From: Auanema rhodensis
Lineage: Eukaryota > Animalia > Nematoda
Assembly: GCA_964057225.1 (NCBI GenBank)
Contig: OZ059900.1
Location: 12,772,001 to 12,836,000, forward strand
Direction: 5' to 3'
Length of the DNA stretch: 64,000 nucleotides
A model generated the notes under the pieces. It had not been told where the DNA came from. It did no database searches and saw nothing but the letters and a program-made list of their open reading frames with translations. A program made the translations under genes and the position numbers. Positions 1-9,300 of the stretch are shown piece after piece. Within the stretch, counting starts at the first letter, position 1. Every line of letters starts with the position of its first letter.

Positions 1-173
1 TCGTCCTCAAATCAATCAATGCCAGTATTTTTCAGACAGATCCTGACTGAAACACTCAATGCAGTTGCTGCAAAGGAAAAGTATAGCTCATCTCAGTATA
101 TCATTCATCTTTAATAAATTTCAGTTCAACTGAAGGAGAACCGTCTAACGTCACTAACTACGACTCTTCTTAG
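1..173 (+). CDS. 3' end of an unidentified protein-coding gene (partial; exons 1-80 and 125-173)
   Basis: Frame 1 is open from base 1 (SSSNQSMPVFFRQILTETLNAVAAKE); the other two + frames stop within 50 nt. A 44-nt GT..TTTCAG intron at 81-124 matches the size of the neighbouring gene's introns and is followed by NSTEGEPSNVTNYDSS-TAG (stop at 171-173). No family recognised. Confidence 0.55.
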
Positions 174-425
174 AAAAAGATCAAATCAAACAATATTTGA
201 GAAGAACTGAACATATAGCACAAGGATTGGTTGAACATATGTGGAACAACGCAGTTATAACTATTGAAAATCAATATCATACCATATATTCCACAAAGTA
301 TAGCATTCAACAACAAATCTTACTGATCTTTTCCATGCAAATATGATATCGGTAAAACATTTTGAATTAATAGTAAAACAATTACTTTTTTACCTCAACT
401 TTATTTTTCCAGTTGCTTTTTTTTC

Positions 426-435
426 AATAAATAAA
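426..435 (+). promoter_or_regulatory. Candidate polyadenylation signal (overlapping AATAAA x2) of the upstream gene
   Basis: AATAAATAAA about 250 nt downstream of the TAG at 173, in T-rich 3'UTR-like sequence. Such hexamers are also common by chance in AT-rich DNA. Confidence 0.35.
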
Positions 436-1275
436 AGGGCAATAATGACTTGATTTAATTTTTAAGTTTTTATATTACTTTTACTGTTTAATATTGTATT
501 TTTAATTGTATTGCTTATATTCCAGTTTTCAACCATCTTTTCTTTTATTTCCACATTTGGACCTACTTTTGTTTCATAACTGTATAAGATTTTTTTGATT
601 CAAGTTGACTAGTGCATTTTTTTATTTATTCCTAAATTCTCATGTTTTTCGAATGATTCTTGAAGTATTTTTTTTTAAAAGTTCAACTGAATAATATACG
701 TGTGGATCGCTCCAAAAACGTATATATATAGATGTTGTAGCATTTTAAAAAAATTGAAAATGCCTCTTTACTTATATTTTTTATAGAAAACCACGTATAC
801 CTGAAAGCGTGTGCTATTAAATTGTCATAGTTTGCAAAAATTTTATTCAAGTTTACGCATACTTCAAAACATTTTTGCCAAACTGAGGAACTCTTTTCTC
901 AATATTTGTTTCTGACATTAAATATTAAACTGGTAGAAAGGCTTAAAAAGCTCTACTAGCCTATGTAATATCTGTTTGATATTATTTCATATTTTTCTAA
1001 TTAAAACCAAAATTCGAAAATTTTCCAATTATTTATCAATTTTTTTTATTCCACGCTGTAATATGGTTTTCATATTTTTATTATTAACAACGTTGATATG
1101 TTCTCCAAGTATATATTCAATAAAAGATTGTGCGTTGTGAAATAAATTATAATATTACATAATATGAAGTTTATTATATGTTTTATTATTTTTGGCTAAG
1201 AAATTCCTAGAAAAAATGTAGATAATACTTGTACTATCGATTCTTAACATATTTCTGCAGTTCAAAATACAAAAG

Positions 1276-1395
1276 TTGTGCGGGTAACAAGACTCGCATG
1301 AGCAGATGAGTAAAAGGTCAAGCGCTGACCGCGTCGCGTCCGCCTGCATTGCGTTGTAATCAATGCGCGCACAGCACAGAGGCCTACCAACGCGT
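1276..1395. promoter_or_regulatory. GC/CpG-rich island upstream of sax-3; probable promoter or cis-regulatory element
   Basis: About 120 bp with dense CG/GCG content (e.g. CCGCGTCGCGTCCGCC, TGCGCGC, ACGCGT) inside very AT-rich intergenic DNA, 200-320 bp upstream of the ATG. Confidence 0.5.
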
Positions 1396-1575
1396 TATTT
1401 GAAAATCGACTAGTGTAATCATAATTTTTTTTTCGAATAGCATTAATTTCTTAATTTTTATATCCTTACGATGATTAGCACCATTGCTATATATAAATTT
1501 GATTTAAATATTTCTTTCAATGTCTTATCATTAGTTGTAATATGAGTTTTGAATAGGTAGTATTAGTTCAGTTCT

Positions 1576-1582
1576 TTTTCAG
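1576..1582 (+). promoter_or_regulatory. TTTTCAG 3' splice acceptor just before the sax-3 start (SL trans-splice site or acceptor of a 5' intron)
   Basis: Perfect nematode acceptor consensus TTTTCAG ending 15 nt before ATG 1598. Confidence 0.6.
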
Positions 1583-1597
1583 AATGCTTTTAAGTTT

Positions 1598-4500
1598 ATG
1601 CTAAAGATGGTATCTGCAATATATTTGAGCCTATTTATTGCCCAAAGTGCAATCCACTTAGTTCAATGTTATGAAAGTATTGATTTTGAATAATTTTGTT
1701 TAACAATATAAACTGTCTTTTAGGCGAGCATGAACCACCTATAATAACCGAACATCCCATAGATGTTATAGTATCAAAAGGTGCTCCCGCAACTCTAAAT
1801 TGCGCAGCTAAAGGCCAGAATATTACAATTTCTTGGTATGTTCTGTTTCCATAATTTTCATGTATTTGTTTTTTTCAGGTTTCGCAATGGTGAACAAGTA
1901 ATAACAAATAAAGATCAAGCCAATAGTCATAGAATATTACTTGATACTGGTTCTTTGTTCTTGCTTAAAACATACATAGGTTTGCAAAAAAAAATTATGT
2001 TTGTGATTTTATATTTTTGTAGGAAAGAATGGTAAGGATGACGATGCAGGATTTTATTATTGTACAGCCAAGAACAAATATGGGGAAGTAAAATCAAAAG
2101 AGGGTGCTTTAAAAATAGCAATGCTGAATGATGAATTTCGAATCAGACCAAGAACTGTTCAAGTGATTTTCTCAAACATATAGCAAAACAATATTATTAT
2201 TTTAGGTTCTTGCTGGCCAAAGGGCTGTACTGGAGTGCTCTCCTCCTGTAGGATTCCCTGAACCTGTTGTTTCCTGGAGAAAAAATGAGAAGGAGTTTCT
2301 AATAACTGATAACCAGCGAATTACATTCCTACCTTCAGGGAATCTAATTTTTTCACCGGTACGTTGAACTTAGCTATTTAATATGTACGTTGTGAAAGGA
2401 AATAAGAATATAATTATTAGGTTCACCACTCTGATTCTGGTACATATCAATGCGTGTCTAATAATATGGTTGGAGAACGAATATCAAATCCAGCTCGTCT
2501 GAGCGTTTATGAAAAACCTCGATTTTTGAAAAAACCCGAAGATGTTACCGTTGATTTAGCTGGCTCTGTTCTTTTTAATTGTACGGTTACCGGTGAGCCA
2601 CAACCGCAGGTATATTGGACAAAGAAAGGAGATCAAATGCCAGTTGCAAGAGCTTTCATTGCCAGAGATAACAAAGGGCTACGCATCGATAAGTAAATTT
2701 TCTCATTTTCATTCTAACACTTTAATGTTTTATTACAGTATTCAAAAAACAGACGAAGGGGAGTATGTTTGCCATGCCAGAAATCCCACGGGATCTATAG
2801 AAACATCTGCACGCTTACGAGTACAAGTATGATGAATATAAATATAAATATAAACTTTGTTTGTAATAGGTTCTTCCAAGTTTTGATGTGACCCCTGTGA
2901 GTCAAGTTGCCAATTTGGGAGATAAAGTTAGCTTTCATTGCGTACCTAACGGTCAGCCCGCACCAGCTTCGTTTTGGAGTAAAGAAGGAGATCAAGTATA
3001 GTTTTGTCTTTGAAAGTTAAATATTAAAGCAAATTTACAGAACATGTTTTTTCCCGGATATACCAGTGCCAATAATCGTATTTCTGTTTTACATAACGGA
3101 ACTTTCACTATTCAAAATATTATGATGGAAGACGAGGGATCCTATTTGTGCGCAGCAATGAATTCCGCCGGTAGTGCTCTTAGCAAAGCAAGACTTTCAG
3201 TCACGAACAAAGGTTTTATTTTTTTAAATCTTCAAAATAAGTTTTTGGTTCAGAGCACTCCAATAATTTGCCACCTCTTATATTCAATATTCCACACAAC
3301 ATCACTGTTAAGACAGGTAGCAACGTTGAGATCCCCTGTACCGATTCCAGTGGAATCAGTTCAATAAAATGGCTTTTCAATGGAAATAAGATCGATTTTT
3401 TTGAAAAAGATTCATCAATGTTAACTGACAAAGGGTTAACAATCAACAACATTCAGTATGCATTTTGAGTTCTAACTGTCGAATAAATATTTTTTTTCAG
3501 ACTGGGGAACGCTGGTGTTTATGAATGCACATTGAATACAAATTTTGGATTTAACCATTTCAAAGTAAATGTATCTGTAGAAGGTTTTTTGTTTTATTGG
3601 TTAGATTAAAAAACTCATTTTCTTCAGGTGGTAAATTATCTAGCGCAGAACAAAATGAAGATAAACTCTCAAATTTGTTTCTCGGGAAACCCGGGAAGCC
3701 TATTCTAGTTTCCGTAACAGAAAACGAAATTGAGCTCAAATGGTCTCCAGTAGCAGAACAAACTCAGCAAGACATAGGCTACAGGCTAGAGTATTTTTGC
3801 CCGCAAAAAAACAAGGTGAAAACATTTCAAAGAAAAAAACAAACTGTAATATGGTAGCATTTTTTAGACTTGGATAACTGTTCCAGCTTTAATCAAAGGA
3901 ACAACGTTTCGAGTTAAAAACTTGAACCCAGCTTCTGATTATATATTTGTTGTGCGAGCTTCAAATATGGCCGGTTTAGGGGCTCCTAGTGATGTGTCCT
4001 CTGATATTAAAACAGGTATCTTGAAAACATTATTTTTAATGCAAGAGTTTTTATGAAATTCATTTACAGTATCGTTATTTAATAATACCATTGACTTTGA
4101 AAATATAAATAGGATATTATCGTCTGAGCAAGTTATTTATTTGAAAGAGGTTTTAGATATTCCATCAGTTTAATCTCTCATATTTTTCTTTAGGCTAAAA
4201 CGATTAACAGCTCAGCTATTCATCTGTTTTGGATTGTTCGAAAATATAGAGAAAATTTAGACGGGTTTTACATCAAATGGCGAAGTTCTGCTCAAAATAA
4301 TAGCCAACAGTTTGTGTCAAACAAAAAGTTAATATAAAATCATGTTTTCAGGTGGATTGATATTCGTGGCTCTGATGTTAATAACCACGTTGTTACCAAT
4401 CTTCAACCATTCACTAATCACGAGTTTTTCATTATTCCATATCGGGCACACATTCAAGGGGTTCCATCTAATTCTATAGAGGGATTAACTTCAGAAGCCA

Positions 4501-6217
4501 GTAAGCATGTATTTTTAGTATATTTTAAGCATATACCCTTTTTTCAGCACCTACATTACCTCCCGCTGAAGTTCGCATACGCATGCTGAATTTGACATCT
4601 GTTAGGGTGTCTTGGAAACCACCACCTTTAAATGGTTTGAATGGTATTCTTAAAGGGTTTCAGGTAAAGTTTTAATATTTTTTTTACATGATAGTATAAT
4701 TTTAGATTGATATTATCGGTGAAGGTAATAAGTACAATCGTAGTATATCAACAAAGGAGAGAGCAGCTAGCGTTACATTATTTCATTTGACACCTCGTAT
4801 GACTTATAAAATAAGTGTGGCAGCTCGTACAAATGCAGGTATAGGCGTTCATCATGCAGCTGACACAATTACAATGGGTAAGGAAAAATACAAAAAGAAA
4901 AAACTATAATTTGTTCAGATTTTGAAACGTTTGAAAAACATAAAAAATTATATGGAGAAACTTCTCTCATCTTCTTCTCACTTTTGCATCAAGCTTGGTT
5001 TCTGGTTTTGTTAACAGTTCTAGGATGGATAATTTTGATAACAATTGCTGTTTTTATATTCATGAGATATAAGAAAAAATCTTTGGGAAAAGTTTTAAAA
5101 TTTATATTATGATTCATATTCATGCTATCGTTCAGAAACGGAATGGTTCATTCATAAAAATTAATGATGGATCTATACATGTTGCTCATTCTGCCTTATG
5201 GGATACAACTAATACAGTTAGAATGGGCCGAATGCCACCTCTCACTAGGTACGATTTCTAACAAATTTACTTTAACTTTTTCAAACAGAGCTGTTATATC
5301 GCAACCACTTTTCTCAACTTCTGGAAACCGAGATTTTCAAGAATATAATAATGGTGGGCAAGATAGTTTGTATCATTATGCTCAGCCACCAGGAGATAAC
5401 TATATTAATAAAGTTTGCACAAAGTGAAATATCACCATTGAATAATTTTTTTCAGTTCCAAGACGACCCTTCTCCCTATGCTACGACTACTATAGTTTTG
5501 AATAACGATCAAGCAGCATATGTGAGTGAAGCCACATTACTACGTCCCCCTCCAAGAGACACTATTCCGTTGAATCCACCATTTAAGTAAGCTGATAGAA
5601 TTTTTTACTCTATGATTTGTATATATTTTTTTAATAATCCTACTCATTAAGCATGGAAGAGAATATGCAAAGAAGAAATTATGAAACTAGGTCATGTATA
5701 AATGAAAACCTTCCTGAGAGGAATATTAATCAGAGAAATACTTTATTCAACTCTATGGGTCATAGTATTAAAACAAATACGAACAACGATTCAACAAATC
5801 GAACACCTCCACGTCAAACCTTGTTCGACTTCATTCCCCCACCACCGATAAATCCTCCACCTTCTATCATTAAGGTACGAAATACTTTCTCAAGTTTAAT
5901 GATGAGTGAATATTTAGTTGTCCCACGAAGATTATGAAGGAGCAGGGAGTTATCAAAGCGAAGAAGGGTTAGCATCATTACAAAACAGAATCATTGGTAC
6001 ACAGCTACTCATAGATGAGATAATATTGTTATTTCAATTTTTAGGAACACGTTTACAAACAATACGAAAATCCGATGAGCTCAGTCAGCGTTCTTCATTA
6101 CTGTCAGATGAAGACGAAGAACTCCAATCTTTACATGATGATCATATCACTAATGCTCAGAAAAAAATGCCACGCATGGGCATCTCTGCAACATTCTTAA
6201 ACCAAAGTGCTAACTGA
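1598..6217 (+). CDS. sax-3: Roundabout (Robo) axon-guidance receptor, SAX-3 orthologue, about 1170 aa, 25 exons
   Basis: Hand-spliced exons: 1598-1676, 1724-1835, 1879-1979, 2023-2162, 2206-2358, 2421-2692, 2739-2826, 2870-2995, 3041-3212, 3254-3455, 3501-3583, 3628-3815, 3868-4015, 4070-4149, 4194-4309, 4352-4500, 4548-4663, 4706-4877, 4919-5091, 5136-5248, 5289-5412, 5456-5586, 5652-5874, 5918-5996, 6045-6217. They sum to 3513 nt in one frame and all introns are GT-AG. Translation: signal peptide ([24 protein letters not shown]); Ig1 [23 protein letters not shown]...[14 protein letters not shown]; Ig2 [18 protein letters not shown]...[15 protein letters not shown]; Ig3-5; three FnIII (e.g. 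[18 protein letters not shown]...[19 protein letters not shown]); TM ([24 protein letters not shown]); juxtamembrane SFIKINDGS; CC1 [10 protein letters not shown]; proline-rich [12 protein letters not shown]; C-terminal PRMGISA. These match C. elegans SAX-3 motifs as I recall them. Confidence 0.96.
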
Positions 6218-6371
6218 AATTAACAATTAATATAAGTTAAACTTTTTAAAATCATAGATTGATCTCTCTTTCAAATATTCATATATAATCATATGACTTT
6301 AGAGTTTACTACAGGTTGCAACTCAGAAAAATTTGATTTTTTAAAAACATTAAAAATTGTATATAAAAAGT

Positions 6372-6385
6372 GCCATATATGGCCA
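6372..6385. other. Perfect 12-bp palindrome GCCATATATGGC (6372-6383) overlapping TGGCCA (6380-6385) in the gene-satellite spacer
   Basis: Read directly. It is the most conspicuous GC-flanked dyad in the 360-bp AT-rich spacer. Function unknown. Confidence 0.6.
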
Positions 6386-9300
6386 ACAATGCTTTAAATA
6401 ATTACAACTAATTATAACCTTACACAACTATGATAATTATGACAATGGTTTAAGTGATCTCAATTCCTGATATTCTCTTTATTCATTTTACTGTGTATAT
6501 TGTTACGTTGCATTTTACATTCACGAATTGTTTAATCTTTTAATTAAATATAAATAATTGATTTAGACTTGAATATACCTATGAAACATACGTGACAGTT
6601 ATCTGTTAAAGTTAATTAGGATTCTATTGTTAGGTTTACTTCAAATTTTAGTTTACTTATCATAAATTAATTCAAGTAATCAGAAGAGATTCTGATTTAT
6701 TTTCAATTAGATTCTTAGTTATCTTCTTAGTTACAATACTCATTCGTTAAAACTATCAATATTTGATATATTATATATGTAATAGATATACATTCATCAT
6801 AAACAATACTTTTTAACAAAATCTTTTCACAATTTATTATTTTACAGAAATCAACAACAGAAAAGAAAAATAATTTAGTCTCAATAATAAGAGTTAAAAC
6901 ATAACTAATATAAAACAGAAACCAAATAGTCTATAGATATGAAACATACGTGACAGTTATCTGTTGAAGTTAATTAAGATTCTATTGTTAAGTTTACTTC
7001 AAATTTTAGTTTACTTATCATAAATTAATTCAAGTAATCAGAAGAGATTCTGATTTATTTTCAAATTGATTCTTAGTTATCTTCTTAGTTACAATACTCA
7101 TTCGTTAAAACTATCAATATTTAATATATTATATATGTAATAGATATACATTCATCATAAACAATACTTTTTAACAAAATCTTTTCACAATTTATTATTT
7201 TACAGAAATCAACAACAGAAAAGAAAAATAATTTAGTCTCAATAATAAGAGTTAAAACATAACTAATATAAAACAGAAACCAAATAGTCTATAGATATGA
7301 AACATACGTGACAGTTATCTGTTGAAGTTAATTAGGATTCTATTGTTAGGTTTATTTCAAATTTAGGTTTTCTTATGATAAATTAATTCAAGTAATCAGA
7401 AGAGATTCTGATTTATTTTCAAATTGATTCTTAGTTATCTTCTTAGTTACAATACTCATTCGTTAAAACTATCAATATTTAATATATTATATATGTAATA
7501 GATATACATTCATCATAAACAATACTTTTTAACAAAATCTTTTCACAATTTATTATTTTACAGAAATCAACAACAGAAAAGAAAAATAATTTAGTCTCAA
7601 TAATAAGAGTTAAAACATAACTAATATAAAACAGAAACCAAATAGTCTATAGATATGAAACATACGTGACAGTTATCTGTTGAAGTTAATTAGGATTCTA
7701 TTGTTAGGTTTATTTCAAATTTAGGTTTTCTTATGATAAATTAATTCAAGTAATCAGAAGAGATTCTGATTTATTTTCAAATTGATTCTTAGTTATCTTC
7801 TTAGTTACAATACTCATTCGTTAAAACTATCAATATTTAATATATTATATATGTAATAGATATACATTCATCATAAACAATACTTTTTAACAAAATCTTT
7901 TCACAATTTATTATTTTACAGAAATCAACAACAGAAAAGAAAAATAATTTAGTCTCAATAATAAGAGTTAAAACATAACTAATATAAAACAGAAACCAAA
8001 TAGTCTATAGATATGAAACATACGTGACAGTTATCTGTTGAAGTTAATTAAGATTCTATTGTTAAGTTTACTTCAAATTTTAGTTTACTTATCATAAATT
8101 AATTCAAGTAATCAGAAGAGATTCTGATTTATTTTCAAATTGATTCTTAGTTATCTTCTTAGTTACAATACTCATTCGTTAAAACTATCAATATTTAATA
8201 TATTATATATGTAATAGATATACATTCATCATAAACAATACTTTTTAACAAAATCTTTTCACAATTTATTATTTTACAGAAATCAACAACAGAAAAGAAA
8301 AATAATTTAGTCTCAATAATAAGAGTTAAAACATAACTAATATAAAACAGAAACCAAATAGTCTATAGATATGAAACATACGTGACAGTTATCTGTTGAA
8401 GTTAATTAGGATTCTATTGTTAGGCTTATTTCAAATTTAGGTTTTCTTATGATAAATTAATTCAAGTAATCAGAAGAGATTCTGATTTATTTTCAAATTG
8501 ATTCTTAGTTATCTTCTTAGTTACAATACTCATTCGTTAAAACTATCAATATTTAATATATTATATATGTAATAGATATACATTCATCATAAACAATACT
8601 TTTTAACAAAATCTTTTCACAATTTATTATTTTACAGAAATCAACAACAGAAAAGAAAAATAATTTAGTCTCAATAATAAGAGTTAAAACATAACTAATA
8701 TAAAACAGAAACCAAATAGTCTATAGATATGAAACATACGTGACAGTTATCTGTTGAAGTTAATTAGGATTCTATTGTTAGGTTTATTTCAAATTTAGGT
8801 TTTCTTATGATAAATTAATTCAAGTAATCAGAAGAGATTCTGATTTATTTTCAAATTGATTCTTAGTTATCTTCTTAGTTACAATACTCATTCGTTAAAA
8901 CTATCAATATTTAATATATTATATATGTAATAGATATACATTCATCATAAACAATACTTTTTAACAAAATCTTTTCACAATTTATTATTTTACAGAAATC
9001 AACAACAGAAAAGAAAAATAATTTAGTCTCAATAATAAGAGTTAAAACATAACTAATATAAAACAGAAACCAAATAGTCTATAGATATGAAACATACGTG
9101 ACAGTTATCTGTTGAAGTTAATTAGGATTCTATTGTTAGGTTTATTTCAAATTTAGGTTTTCTTATGATAAATTAATTCAAGTAATCAGAAGAGATTCTG
9201 ATTTATTTTCAAATTGATTCTTAGTTATCTTCTTAGTTACAATACTCATTCGTTAAAACTATCAATATTTAATATATTATATATGTAATAGATATACATT

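Noticed and set aside
1155-3452. Minus-strand ORFs at 1155-1349, 1927-2121, 2795-2995 and 3216-3452
   Set aside because: Short, without recognisable homology; three are antisense shadows of sax-3 exons and introns, and the first spans the upstream island and AT-rich DNA.
5587-5651. Possible non-canonical splicing in sax-3
   Set aside because: All 24 introns resolve as GT-AG. This one has a weak TTAAG acceptor but keeps the frame.
1838-6217. Separate small + strand genes suggested by the ORF track
   Set aside because: All are exon fragments of the single spliced sax-3 CDS with intronic read-through at their ends.
6947-6962. TACGTG (HIF-type), TGACAG (MEIS-type) and TTATCT (GATA) words repeated in every monomer
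   Set aside because: Six-base matches are expected by chance and their multiplicity just reflects tandem amplification; there is no independent evidence of binding.
6939-7296. 358-mer as a dimer of two ancestral 179-bp halves
   Set aside because: No alignment visible at offset 179. Internal similarities are short and at other offsets (TTCTTAGTTA x2 at 12 bp, AGTTTACTT x2 about 18 bp apart, ACAATACT x2 at 70 bp, ACAGAAA x3).
8420-8428. TTAGGCTTA, a nematode telomere repeat match inside one monomer
   Set aside because: It is a single T>C SNP in one copy of TTAGGTTTA; there is no tandem telomeric tract anywhere in the window.
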